From Octopus bimaculoides (lineage: Eukaryota), in the NCBI RefSeq assembly GCF_001194135.2, contig NC_068984.1, positions 119,120,572 to 119,184,571 on the forward strand: a stretch of DNA of 64,000 nt, in the 5' to 3' direction. Below, piece after piece: positions 12,331 to 25,885 of the stretch (position 1 is its first letter; each line of letters opens with the position of its first letter). The notes beneath the pieces were generated by a model, which saw only the letters and a program-made list of their open reading frames with translations, was not told the origin of the DNA and did not search any database. Both the position numbers and the translations under genes were made by a program.

Positions 12331-15300
12331 AGGAATGAGTGCACGTACTAGGTTTGGTGGCAAGCAATAAGTGAAGGCATGCTACATACACATGCCAAGG
12401 TAGAGAGAAAAAGTTGATGGAGGAGGAGNNNNNNNNNNNNNNNNNNNNNNNNNNNNNNNNNNNNNNNNNNNNNNNNNNNNNNNNNNNNNNNNNNNNNNNN
12501 NNNNNNNNNNNNNNNNNNNNNNNNNNNNNNNNNNNNNNNNNNNNNNNNNNNNNNNNNNNNNNNNNNNNNNNNNNNNNNNNNNNNNNNNNNNNNNNNNNNN
12601 NNNNNNNNNNNNNNNNNNNNNNNNNNNNNNNNNNNNNNNNNNNNNNNNNNNNNNNNNNNNNNNNNNNNNNNNNNNNNNNNNNNNNNNNNNNNNNNNATAT
12701 ATGTGATGTAGCCCACTGGATGGTGAGGCATGCCTCTTGCAGCCTGCCTGGCAAAATAGTTGCCCATGCCTGACCTAGAAAGTCAAACCACAAACAAAAA
12801 AAATAATCCCAGTATGAAATGAAAATTAACATCAATGAAAAAAATACTTACTATAGCTTTCTTCTTACTTTTAAGTTCTTGAAGATCTTGCTCTAGAGAA
12901 AAAGAGATCAAAGAAAATTAGAAGAGAATGATAAGTAAAACAAATACCAGTCACGTTTCAAAGGAGTTTTATTATGAATTTTTATTTTAGGCTATATATT
13001 TAATAAAAAGCATTTAGTGATGTTTCCTGTATCGCTAAAATACATTGTTTCACAAACGATTGAAAAATGTAAATACCACAACAGAAACATTCCCACAGAA
13101 CTGGAATTAATTATGTATATTATTTACTGCTATAAATCACATAATTATTATTTCATGAAAACTATCTAATGCACATAGCAGTAAATGAAAAGCAAAGGTC
13201 TTCTAATAAAAATAACATCTTTATATTACAGAAGGAAAAAAAATTTTTTATTCTTAATTACTAAATATTTATCCACTGAGTTATCTATGAGATTCAAAGC
13301 TATTTATTCACAGGCTGTAACACATGTGTTACACTCTTCCGAGTGTCAACAAGCTCTCGCATAACTTGCATGTCTTAATGAACGAAATTCCTTTTTCTTT
13401 TCCAACAGCATATCAATTGACTAATTAACAAAAATCTAACTAGTCTTTTATTTCAGTTTAACTAGAAAGAAATATTTTCATTTCTAAGCATATGGATTAA
13501 ATAACTTATTGAATTATATCAAAAGTAAAAACACTTTAAAAAAAAAATGATTGAGAAATCCTATTTTTAAATACACCTTGAGAATAAAAAGCAAGTATGA
13601 TTAAACCATTTTTATTGACTTTGTTCAGCAGGAAGTGGTAAGATTCTCGGATTTTAAGAAAGAAGAAAATAGTTATCGTAAAAGTTAAGATGTAAATAGT
13701 CACACCTTTCCAATTTTTATGGTAATTATTNNNNNNNNNNNNNNNNNNNNNNNNNNNNNNNNNNNNNNNNNNNNNNNNNNNNNNNNNNNNNNNNNNNNNN
13801 NNNNNNNNNNNNNNNNNNNNNNNNNNNNNNNNNNNNNNNNNNNNNNNNNNNNNNNNNNNNNNNNNNNNNNNNNNNNNNNNNNNNNNNNNNNNNNNNNNNN
13901 NNNNNNNNNNNNNNNNNNNNNNNNNNNNNNNNNNNNNNNNNNNNNNNNNNNNNNNNNNNNNNNNNNNNNNNNNNNNNNNNNNNNNNNNNNNNNNNNNNNN
14001 NNNNNNNNNNNNNNNNNNNNNNNNNNNNNNNNNNNNNNNNNNNNNNNNNNNNNNNNNNNNNNNNNNNNNNNNNNNNNNNNNNNNNNNNNNNNNNNNNNNN
14101 NNNNNNNNNNNNNNNNNNNTCTCTAGCTCAATAAGTACCAAGAAGAACTGCTGGTTTTAGTTAAGAATTTCTCATGCATTTAACTCATGCAAATGTGATA
14201 TCTGTGATCCTTTATCAATGTAGCAATCCAAACTGTATCTTATCCAATCTAACACTAGTGGGTGCATTTATCACAGCATTAGGAAGACTGCCTTGTCCTA
14301 TGAAGAAGTCTTCTCTATGTTGTCAGTGTTCATTCATAACATGTCCATGAGGGAAACAGAAGAAAAAGTAATGAAAGTTAGAGTGATGGAGAATGAAGAG
14401 AAAGAGAAATTGAATTGACAGTTATATGCTGATTGTTGGTAAGGAGATTGAATAGAAAACAGCATGTGTAATGCAGTAGGGTAGAAGGAGAGACAGGAAA
14501 GAAACAATGTGATGGAAGGAGGAATGAAAATGGGAAAGAGAATGGGGAATGACAACAATGGGTATTAGAGGAAGAAGTAATATGAGATTGAGCAATGGAC
14601 AGCAATAAAGATGGGTGATGGTAAAAGAGAAGGAGTGACAGATGTCAATCACTAATAGGGGAGGGAATAATGGGAAACAGGAGATATACACATTACCAAG
14701 TGCCTTAAAGAAATGCACAAATACAATATTCTGAACAGTAGTGTTGACCTGTCTTTGTGGAAGTTATTTTGGTTCCATTGTAAGATTGGATTAATATGAG
14801 GGGAAACTGAGGAGCACTGACTTATAAATGTTTGAGACTAGAAGTGAGTGTAATTATGCTATAGTTCTGGGATCAGTGAAAATTACCTGTCTTTAAAAGT
14901 AGAATAACTGAAACTGTGAATGAAGGGCAGATTGCATGAAGTATGATATCATCAAGTGATGTGTGCAGGGGTAAGCCATGGGTGCTGAACATAGAGGATA
15001 CACAAATGTTGAAATGACATAAGGCAAGCATATCTCATAAGATATGTAATATCAGCATGCATGAATGTAGTTGCATACAAATATCAAGTGCATACGNNNN
15101 NNNNNNNNNNNNNNNNNNNNNNNNNNNNNNNNNNNNNNNNNNNNNNNNNNNNNNNNNNNNNNNNNNNNNNNNNNNNNNNNNNNNNNNNNNNNNNNNNNNN
15201 NNNNNNNNNNNNNNNNNNNNNNNNNNNNNNNNNNNNNNNNNNNNNNNNNNNNNNNNNNNNNNNNNNNNNNNNNNNNNNNNNNNNNNNNNNNNNNNNNNNN

Positions 15301-15893
15301 NNNNNNNNNNNNNNNNNNNNNNNNNNNNNNNNNNNNNNNNNNNNNNNNNNNNNNNNNNNNNNNNNNNNNNNNNNNNNNNNNNNNNNNNNNNNNNNNNNNN
15401 NNNNNNNNNNNNNNNNNNNNNNNNNNNNNNNNNNNNNNNNNNNNNNNNNNNNNNNNNNNNNNNNNNNNNNNNNNNNNNNNNNNNNNNNNNNNNNNNNNNN
15501 NNNNNNNNNNNNNNNNNNNNNNNNNNNNNNNNNNNNNNNNNNNNNNNNNNNNNNNNNNNNNNNNNNNNNNNNNNNNNNNNNNNNNNNNNNNNNNNNNNNN
15601 NNNNNNNNNNNNNNNNNNNNNNNNNNNNNNNNNNNNNNNNNNNNNNNNNNNNNNNNNNNNNNNNNNNNNNNNNNNNNNNNNNNNNNNNNNNNNNNNNNNN
15701 NNNNNNNNNNNNNNNNNNNNNNNNNTATATATATATATATATACACACACAATGGGCTTCTACACAGTTTTTATCAACAAAATTCATTCACAACATATTA
15801 ACTGGCCCAGGGCTAAAGTATGTTCCGAACAGTGGGGTTTAACCCCAAACTATATAGTTGCAACAAAACCAACTTCATAGTCACATACCCAGT

Positions 15894-15928
<35 letters not shown>

Positions 15929-15996
15929 ATGGCTCTCAAATCATAAATAATTTCTTTATATAAATTGAAGCATTATAAAGAGTTTTACTTTCTTAC

Positions 15997-17242
15997 CTCC
16001 AGCTCCATTAATTAAATGTACTGGTGCCTTTGGATTATGGTAATTCCAGCTACTAACCACATTGTTTGCAACAGGATAACTTCTTTCATAATGGTGTACA
16101 TGACCACTCACATAAACATCAACATTTTTTTGTACTAGAAGATTTTCCAATGCAGCTCTGAGCTTTGTAGAGAGAGATTTGCAACTTATATTTGCATTGT
16201 GCGAGCTACAATACAAAGGCCGATGTGCAAGGGCAATAACCCAGGGTACTTTGTCTCTGTTTAAATTAGCTTTGTTCAGATCATTTTCAAGCCACTGATA
16301 TTGTATTGAACTTTGGTTTACGTCATGCTCAGTGGAAAACATACTGAAGTGAACACCCATATAATCGAAAGAATACCAGAATGGAGAGTCAGAGTCACTT
16401 TCCAAGTAGGGCATCCGAAACCAGTTTAGATAAGCACCAAAGTTAAACTGAACTTCATGATTTCCTGGTAAAACCATATATGGAATTCTACTCGTTATTC
16501 TTTTTATTTTATTCATATATTCTGTCCATATATACGAATTGTTTCCTTCTCGTTTGCTGAAATTGTCTGCATAGCTGATGTCGCCAATATGTATAAGAAT
16601 CTTCATTTCTAAAGAACGAGTAAAATTCCAAATTGATTCAATTGTTTCATCGCTATTTGTGACACCAAGGTCACCAACAATTCCAATCAAATTACGCTTC
16701 TCTGATTTGCTATTTACACTGCTAATGTATGAATTTTCTGACTTTGAGATTGTGCAACTATTTACTTCTTTTGGAGTTAGCATATTTGGTTTTTGTAAAC
16801 TAAAACTTTGGATTGTGCTCCAGCCGTAAGCAGGATCACCACAGACGTAGTAAACAATATCGTATATGTTTTCAAATTTCTCTAATTTTAACACAGCTCT
16901 ATTTAATGTTAACTGAAACATTCCAGCTGTATATGTGTATGATTTTCCTTGTACTTTACTGGGCGTTTCAGAATGAATATTGCCATAGAGACATGCTGGA
17001 GAAAATGAATTATTTATAAAAGGAACAGGAGTCAGCCATATTGCAAGTATTTCGTTGTGCCCTTTTAGTGCTAAGTGCAATCCTTGAACTGGTTCTGAAC
17101 TTAAAATAATTGGTTCCTTCAAAGGATTAACAACTTTAGGTGACATGTCTGCAAATATTCTGTTTAGTTCCTCGTTATCAGAAACAAACGTAGTATAACA
17201 CACAGACCAAAATAAGCTTACAATGCCAAGTGATAATAACAT
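15997..17242 (-). CDS. Purple acid phosphatase (FN3-like N-terminal domain plus metallophosphoesterase domain), main coding exon, codons 1-415
   Basis: Open frame with a signal-peptide-like start (MLLSLGIVSLFWSVC). All five PAP motifs are present: GDLG, GDISY, GNHE, IALAH, GHVH. The ATG at 17242 follows a polypyrimidine tract and AG acceptor (exon starts at 17264). The frame breaks at a G|GTAAGA donor at 15996, inside GAGG. Confidence 0.95.
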
Positions 17243-18217
17243 TTTTCTATAACTGACTTCCAATCTTGAAAATAAAGGAAAAACATAGAATTAGACATCT
17301 ATATATAATGGGCAATACAAAAATATTTATTCATTTCTAATCCATAACAAATATTTAAATTTTAGTAGTAATAATATGCGCTGAAAAATTATTCTTTCAA
17401 TTGTTACAATTATATGTGAAATAAATTCAATATTTTTATTTCAAGATTATATATATGTTGCAATTAAATTTCTGATGTGTCAAATAGGTGTACACATGCG
17501 ATTTATAAAGAAATATGAGTCTCAAAATAAGCAAATGTTCAAAAGCTACAGCCAACTTTGGAGCCTGTATATGGTTATTTATACCTGTTATATTTCTCTT
17601 TACATTAAATACAGCATGGAATCTAAAAATCAAAAATACGAAAGCTTATACAAATGTTTAAGAACATATGTTGGGATTTTGAAAATACCTCAAGGAGTGA
17701 CAACCATATCTAGTATAGTTACAGGTTGCCCTTTGGCAAGGCATAGCACATATTCAGCCACCCAGCCAGGGATACAGCAAAGTCATGGAACTGCAGCATG
17801 GTAGATAATGAATAGGTAGTGGAAGAGCTCAACTGAGCCAATGGTGATTCTTACATTGATACTGAGGAGAAGAATCCTAGAAGATCAAGTCAGGAATGCC
17901 AAGCTCTCTATCAAGAGAGTAACTGCCATGCATTGATAAGAGTGGCATCCATGATTGTGCAATCAGCTAATGAAAGATTCACTATAACTCAAGCTCCCAA
18001 TTCAATTTCATAATAATGGAATTGGATGGTAACAGAGAGTCATGGGAATCCACAAAAGCAGCATAACTGAAGACAGAAAGAACATATGCAGTCTTGCTGA
18101 TTTTGGATATAGTTCTCAGCAAATATTAAAGGATGTCAAGATACAACATACACAATTCTTATATCACTTACCAGTTTCCATATTACTCCTCCATTTTGCT
18201 GAGAAAACAATAGCTTA

Positions 18218-18439
18218 TATGAGTGGGGTGCTGAAAAGTTCCTAGTTTTGAGTAAAAGAAAATACAGAAGGGTCAGTTAATTATGATTTTATTCAACATA
18301 TTCCCCTCTCAGATTCACATGTTTATTGCTGTGGTCCTTCAGTTTTTCTAAGCCCTATAAAAGAACTCCAAAGGTTGGGCCTCCAACCAGGCCTTTTGCA
18401 GTACCCTTAAAGTCAGGAATTTTTCAGCATCCCCTTGTA
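18218..18439. mobile_element. Mariner/Tc1-derived MITE
   Basis: About 33-bp imperfect inverted termini (ta-tgagtggggtgctgaaaagttcct / aggaatttttcagcatccccttg-ta) with TA ends. Confidence 0.75.
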
Positions 18440-19137
18440 GTTATGTAAAAACTGTTAAAAGCTTGACAACCATTTAAAAGTTTTTTTAATGCTGCTCATT
18501 GGTTTATGTTAAGCTCTGCTGCTCTGTCATTCCACAGTAATACTGCATATGTTTTGAACATAGACTTTGGTACTAAATATTTAGTTTCGATCTGGTCAAA
18601 GAAAATCTACTACAATAAATTCCATCTGAACCATGCAAACATGGAAAAGTGGATGATAAATGATGATGACAACAACAACAAATTGCCAACAATAGTCAAA
18701 ATATCTTCTGTATGTGAGCCTGTGAGGAAGTTTTTAACTGGTTGTTCAATCTGCAAGAAATAGCAGCCAAATATCTCTCAAATACCACTATACCATCTTT
18801 AGAAATGAAGCAGACATTAGATAATGCTATCTTAGATACTCTGTTCACTACATCTGATATTAATGATGGAGTGGTTTCAGTTGAAATGCCTTTGATGATA
18901 AGTCTATCCAATTATCATATAATGTTGGATAAGAAATGGTCTGTTTGATATATCTTACACGTTCTAAGCCATTATTCTATCAGCATAATGGAGATTGATA
19001 AGAGATAAGAATCTCAAAACTAATTTTTATTACCTCATGCCATGTTACTAAGAACATGATTCCATTCTACAGTAAGACTTTATAAAATACACTTCAGTGT
19101 ACTGAAATGTTAAGTGTGTGTGTGTGTGTGGGTGTGT

Positions 19138-19184
<47 letters not shown>

Positions 19185-20082
19185 GGGGGGAGGTGCCAAA
19201 AACAAAGAAGCATGAAGCAAAAGAACAACAAACAGGGTGTATTAGGTTTGCTATCAGGAAAATTGGAAGAAGTCATTGACATTTCAAGCCTACGCTCTTC
19301 TACGGAATGGATAGATGAGGAGAGAAAAAATCAAACATATCTGAACTAAATAGTTAGGGCATTTCAATGATTTTTGTCTCAAACAAGGCTTGAGGCCTCT
19401 GTAGAGTAAAGAACTACAAATAAGGCAAAGAAGGGGACCAATAAATTCAAAAGATGTCAACTAACAGAAAGCTTAAAAGAGTGAATATCATAGACCAGAG
19501 GAAAACAAGACAATGTTAATGAGCTCCAGAGAGCAGTAGTTTGAAGAAAAAAGATATTAGAATAAAAGAGTCTATAACTAAACAGGAAACTCAAAAGAGA
19601 AATGATGCACATTTAAAGGTCTTGGCAGAGGGTACAAAACCAGAGAGTTCATCAGAGCAATGACCATGGATATACTTAGAGAAAAGACACCACAGAGATA
19701 TATTTTAACAATGAGCCAAAGACTCCAACTTAATAGAATATTATTTTGATTCTCAAAATTCAGAATATTCACTTAAAACATTATCAACTTTTCTGAACAG
19801 ATGATATGCATCATTTTTATTCCAAAATGAAAGGGAGATTTTCAAATGCAAAAATTTCAACCATTCAAATACAATGAGGATAAACGTGTGAGTTGATTTA
19901 AAACTGAAAATTTCAAAAAAGCACATGAAACTAAACTACTTTAATGCAAAAATACGGTTTTTGTGTCTTGTTTGCAAGATTCTTGATGTGAAATCATGTG
20001 TTGAAAAAGATTTTGTATCTTAAGAAGGTTATTTTGTCTGTAATAAACAATGGTCCTGTTTCACTTACTTTATCATTATTAA

Positions 20083-20349
20083 TCAACAAGTTAACCATTA
20101 AACCAATTAACTAATTAATTGTTTGATTAATTGTTCAGTCAATTAATCAATCAGCTAAGTTCATCAGAGTCCTTTTGTCGCTGTTAGCAACTTTATCAAT
20201 GATATACTCTGAGCGGGCTTGAAGTAGTGGAGCATATCATCGATGAGGTCACAAATGTATGACAAAAGAACTCTCAGGAACCTCACTGATTGAGTGAGTG
20301 ACCAAATAATCAATAAAATAATCTGTTAGGTGATTGGTTAACTGGTTGA
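20083..20349. repeat. Long degenerate fold-back (about 120-bp arms, 20-nt loop)
   Basis: tcaacaagttaacca pairs with tggttaactggttga, gagtccttttgtc with gacaaaagaactc, and atcaatgatatactc with gagcatatcatcgat. Confidence 0.8.
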
Positions 20350-21707
20350 CTGATTGAATGTTAATCCTTTCTGTTATAGGATGGAGCTAGTCAATTATTT
20401 TGACCCCAGTGAGAGATGGGGTTAGTCAATTACTTTGACCCCAGTGCTCCCCAGCAGAAAGGTGACTGTGTAAATTTTATCAATTATACAAAGACACAGT
20501 CACTGCTCATATCAAGGAAACAGTTTTATGAATATCTTACTCTCTGTGGTTATCAACAAAGCACATTTAAAACCCTCAAATTAGTTACAAATGCCTGATA
20601 ATCTCTCATGGTGTACCTACATCTACAGTATTGCTTGAACTGCATTTAAAAAATTAGCCTTCTGTTTCAGTGCCATAAAATGCTTTAGCTCTGGTTAGTT
20701 CTGAGCTTCTGCAAAGCTTAAGAAAGACTCAAATAGAGAACTATTTTTATATTTAGGATGGTCCTATTATACATTTCAAATAGCCTGGAACACATCCAAA
20801 AGTAAGCTGTCTAACTGATTGGCAAAGACTCAATAACATAATACAACTTCTGATTTACTGTCATTCCTGGGTTTACTCTTACCCTGAGTAGTAGCACCTG
20901 TCAAGGTCCCAGCTATGAATTAATTAGCATATTAGGGCTTGCCAGCCTATGCATATGAAAACTGGATCCAATACATTCTACAGAAAGGTCTTACTAAGGT
21001 GTTACACAGTGGAATTGAACCTGAAACCATGTGACTGTAAGTTAACTTCTCAACCACACAGCCAGACCCATGTATATCTTTTCCATAAAATTTAATCATG
21101 TTGTTGCGTAAGCAAAAATATTTGAAAATGTTTTATTCAGCAATTCAAATCTTCTGCCACTGCTGTTGTTATTTTTTATTTGACAGTCAAGCCAGCACTT
21201 ATGACCTGTGGGTTGATATTATATTTAAAACATAACTCACACATACACACAGGCAAAATTTCCCATTCCGTAACATTCTCCACACTTTAAAGATCCTTAA
21301 CTGAAAGAGGATGCACAACATGTCCTCCATTAAATCTAACAATTGCTTAATGTGGTTGGCATCCGTTAACAGATCACTTTCAAAAAAGAATCTGTTCCCT
21401 GATGAAAACACTTCCACCAGGGATCATGCAACCAAGTTTTGCTTCTCCATATATTGTGAGTCTTGTGAAAAGAAAGACTCTTCCATGTAGTGTGCTGTTA
21501 ATTGATGTTGATAAAAGTGTTCTCACTAAGTGTACGGCTCCCAGAAGAATTACCTTCCACTTGCAGTTGGCTGGAAAGTCTTTCAGTTTCAGGTCTTTTA
21601 TTTTTTTATATTGCTGTAACTTCACTTTCACACACAGGATAGTGCCGTTTGCTGGCAATGTAGAAACCAAACAGATTTACTGCTCTGATAATGCTACAGC
21701 TTCTTGT

Positions 21708-21936
21708 TTAACCCTTTTGTTACTGGATTTATTTTGAGATGCTCTGTGTTTCTTTCAATTATTTTAAATATAACAAAGAATTTAGCAAAATAACTTAGTT
21801 ATCATTAAGCTAGTGTTAGGAGTATAAATTGTGACTAAGGTTTGGTGGAAGATTTTAATTCAAAACTTATGGAAATAAGACATTTGTACTACAGAGCCAG
21901 AGCCGGTTTCAGCCAGGTTGGTAACGAATGGGTTAA
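21708..21936. mobile_element. piggyBac-like MITE, family 1
   Basis: TTAA-ccc...ggg-TTAA ends with about 13-bp inverted termini. A second copy lies at 27685-27914. Confidence 0.85.
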
Positions 21937-23194
21937 TACTGCTTGTTTTAAAGAATGCTTTCCATTCCTGAATATTAGTAATAACTAGTGATAGTTGTAA
22001 TGGCAGCAATAGCAGTTGTAAAAGTTTAATAAAAGCCATGTCTCGTGGATCCATCAAAAAATCAAATAAACTAATGTAAATAAATTGTGTAAAGCAAGAA
22101 ATATTTCCAAAAGTTTTGAACAATGATTCTGCCATCAATCCAATTGTAATTTTTCTTTATTTGACTGGGCTTATGTAAATATGTAACATGGCTGTTATAT
22201 TTAAAATGTCACACACATATACACAAAACAACTTTCACATTTCACAACACATTTATTTCTTCTATTTTTACTGTCATAACCTTACTTAGAGCTGTTCCTT
22301 CTAAAATTGATCTGATGACCTTGACACCGGCAAGCACATGATGAAGTTTGACACCAGCCAGAGGAATTCAGCTATCCTACTCACCACAAGTATTGTCTTA
22401 CATGGTGTAAAATAATACATCGTAAGGACTTGATTTATACAGCATTGTGGCCCATCCGGTTTGAGAGCAAAGGAAAACAAAATGTTCTCTAATTTGTAAA
22501 TTTTGTTACTCTCATTTAACACTATCCTGCACCACAAAATTCCAATGTCTACATCAGAAGTGAAAACAAGCAAGAACAACTAAAGTATCTTGAGGCAAAA
22601 ATTTATAGGAGAAATGGGGTAGGAAATAGGTAATATTCCTCAGAAGCATTAGTAATATAAATGAAATGGTTTCAGCTGCTAATAGTAATTGTATTATATA
22701 CTTGATTCACAAAGAACTTACCACCGTGCCCATTACATTATTGAATATATTTATCTTTTATCCTTTATATGTGCAACGAAAAGAATGAAGGTTCGAATCA
22801 TGTCAGGGTCATCAAATATAACAAAAGGAATGAATGTTATCAAATGTAGGGTTTTAGTCAAACGAGTCAACTCTAATCCTTGTTTTCTAAATTCTGTTAC
22901 TTATCCTATTGGTCTCTTTTGCCAAATTGCAAAGTTAAAACTAGTTGAATAAAAAATATTATCTCTAACAGATGAATTTTTAATATTTCTTTTAGACTTC
23001 CCATTCAGCATCTGTACAAGCTGAAACAAAGTTAAAAACAAAAGAAAGAAAAAAAAAGCAAGAAAATCATATCGCTTTTGATTATACTAAAAATTCTATC
23101 ATTGGAAGCTATATTTTTAAACTGTAAAAACAGTGAAGATTTAATATACTTTTAAATCTAATTTTTATATTTTATCCTTTGCGTAAATTTGTTA

Positions 23195-23555
23195 TTTGAC
23201 TGCACCCATGCTGGGGCACAACCTTACAAGGTTTAATCAAACAAATTGATTCCAGTACTTATTTTTTTTTAAAGAATCGTACTTATTCCAAAGACTTCTT
23301 TTGCCAAACCATTAAGTTACAGGGATGTAATCAAACCAACAGCAGTTGTCAAGTGGAGCAAGGTGGACAGACAAATAGATACATAAAGACATACATACAT
23401 ACATATATATATATGACAGGCTTCATCAAATCAACTCACAAGGATTTGGTCAGCTTGCTGTTATAGTGGAAGACATTTTCCCATGATGCAGTACAATAGA
23501 ACTGAACCCAAGACCACATGGTTGGGAAGTAAGCTTCTCAACCACACTGCCATAC
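23195..23555 (-). mobile_element. Old SINE family A copy
   Basis: Degenerate reverse complement of both family A halves. Confidence 0.65.
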
Positions 23556-23734
23556 CTCCACCAATCCATTTTGAATGATACTTGAGTGTTTTATTTGCAA
23601 ATAGCAAGTAATAAAAATAATGTCTTTAAAAACTTATTTTAGGTTAATTAAAAGTTATTAAAAAAAATATCTTTATATAAAAAGGCGCCTCAGCTTTCCA
23701 GAAATAACTCTTTCTCATTTTAGTACAAAGCCAG

Positions 23735-23932
23735 CAATTTTCTGAGGAGGTGGGGCAAGTTGATTACATTGACCCCAGTACTTGACTGATACTCTATTTT
23801 AGCAACCTCAAATGATAAAATGCAAAGTTGACTGCATTGGGATTTAAACACAGAAGGTAAAGTCAGAGTAAATACTGCTAAACATTTTGTCTGACACGTT
23901 AATGGTTTTGCCAGCTTGACACCTTCAGCTTT
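23735..23932 (-). mobile_element. SINE family B copy
   Basis: Reverse complement of the family B head and core. Confidence 0.6.
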
Positions 23933-24304
23933 CGACAAACAATGATAATCAACTTGGACATTCTTGTATTTGCATAAAAAAACACACTCACTCATTTCAT
24001 TCATGTAAAACCAGAAATTCAAGTCTCATTTAGAATGGTTTGTTATGATAAGTCAAACCAATTTTATTGACAACAAACCCAGTCTTCAAGTATTTAGGAA
24101 ACAATTTTCACAAGAAATACAAATAATGTTTTTTTTCCTATTCAGAAACTTATGAATATGTACAAATATTTTCTGAGCAATTTCAAAAGCCAGCATTGCA
24201 TAATATTTATGCTATCATTGAGATTTTTAATCTTTGCTTTCTTTTGTTCCTTTCTTTTCTTGTCCAGTTTTTCTTTTTTTTAGTTATGCTAATTATGGTA
24301 TGTT

Positions 24305-24720
24305 AAGTGCAAGCATGGCTCTGTGTAAGATGTTTACTTCCCAACCACATGGTCAACTATGTGACACATTGGGCAATGTCTTCTACTATAACCCTGGGCC
24401 AACCAAAGGCTTGTGAGTGACTTTTTGATAGACAGATGCTGAAAGAAACCTCTGTGTGTGGGTATGTGTATGTGTGAGTGTGTGAGTGGTAGTGTGTGCA
24501 TATGTGAATGTGTGTGAGAGAGAGAGAGAGCATGTGTGTGAGTCTGTTTTTGTTTGATGTGTATATAGCTGTAAATGAGTGTCACTGTCATGCAAGTGGT
24601 GTTCTTTGTTTCCAATTTTCTATGAAAACCTGTTTGATTATGGGGAAATTACACCTTGGAAATAGATGAGAGTTGGTAACAGGAAGGGCATCCGACTATA
24701 GAAAATCTACCTTGATGATA
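24305..24720 (+). mobile_element. SINE with a family A head and an RTE-derived 3' tail
   Basis: Family A head, then microsatellite, then a different body ending gttggtaacaggaagggcatccgactatagaaaa, a motif shared with the RTE 3' UTR. Confidence 0.6.
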
Positions 24721-24929
24721 GTCATCAATATAATAATGATGACGACTTTGAATTCCAAACATCTTCCACCTGACTACAGAAATAAAGTATGATCACCATA
24801 TCACATGGCAGTACAGTTTATTATTCACATGCCTAAAATCAACCAGTGTGGTACATTTAAACGTTTAGCATTTAGACTAGCAGTATCATCTCATCCCTTC
24901 TTCTTCACCCACTTATTCCTGAGAGGTTC

Positions 24930-25400
24930 TTGGGGACAGAGTCCTCAAACACATCTTCCATCAGGTCTTGTCAGAAGCAACTATCTTCAATTGATCTGGT
25001 TGTATCTAACGATCTTGTTCATAGTGTACCCCTGAGTCTCCTACTGGTTAGTTTTTGCCCATAAAATCTGTCCAGCAATTCTTTCCTGGGGCTTTCTTAC
25101 CACATGTCCATAGTATCGGAGTTGTGATCTCTCACTTCAGAGCAGTCACAGCTCTACCTGGAGCAATTCACTGATCTCCAGGCTATGCTCTTTATCAAGT
25201 ACCATTACTCCAAAGACCTTTTGGAAGAACTCCATTTTGGCCACTTGTATTCATAATCATATTCTTTTGGTTATAGGTAAGGGTAGGCATGAACACTGAA
25301 TTGTAGATAGCAAGTTTGACTTTTACGCCTACCTCCATTTCTCTAGTGACTGAATGCCATTTCCTGCCCAAATACCAAACTATTTTAGCATCGTTTATGT
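24930..25400 (-). mobile_element. Degraded RTE-clade LINE C-terminal ORF fragment (second family)
   Basis: Translates to VKVKLAIYNSVFMPTLTY, followed by decayed LRWYGHV and GRP-like segments. Confidence 0.65.
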
Positions 25401-25885
25401 TTAAACCCAACAGTTCCGGAGTCTAACCATCCTACAATGTCATTCTAAAAACAAATAATCACATCAAAATCTCAAAACTATGAAATAATGTATGATTAAT
25501 TAAAACAATGTGAATAGATAAACATTACATTTGACAGAATAATCTGAAGACTAGATAGTTAAATTGTATTCAACATATCGAAGTCACCTTCTGCATTTAC
25601 AGCCCTTCCAACAAAATTTGCTTTAGAATTCTTCTAGAAACAGCCAATTCTAGATAAGTATATATTTCTTCAAGACATCTATCAAAAAACATTGTTATTT
25701 TTTTTACATTCCTATTGTTTTGGTAAGTGTGAAATCTGTTCTGTGACCATTGATTGCCCTAATTAACTAATATTGACTTTCTGTCATCTAGATTCTTACA
25801 AGCATACTTATCATTGATTTTGTTTTAAACAAGTGACTCATTTAGTTTTTTTATTAATACTGTTGCTGTTGTTGTTGTTGTTGTT

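Noticed and set aside
14150-14950. Possible Penelope-like or other retroelement relics (also 36760-37050 and 48950-50040)
   Set aside because: Strand-biased composition suggests old elements, but I could not recover a diagnostic motif.
17243-17263. ORF-track start MEVSYRK for the phosphatase
   Set aside because: It begins at a TTG just after the splice acceptor. The ATG at 17242 directly precedes the signal-peptide-like segment.
22278-22595. Minus-strand segment with acceptor and donor-like ends (possible PAP 5' UTR exon; also one ending at 17689)
   Set aside because: Splice-like motifs alone are not enough without transcript data.
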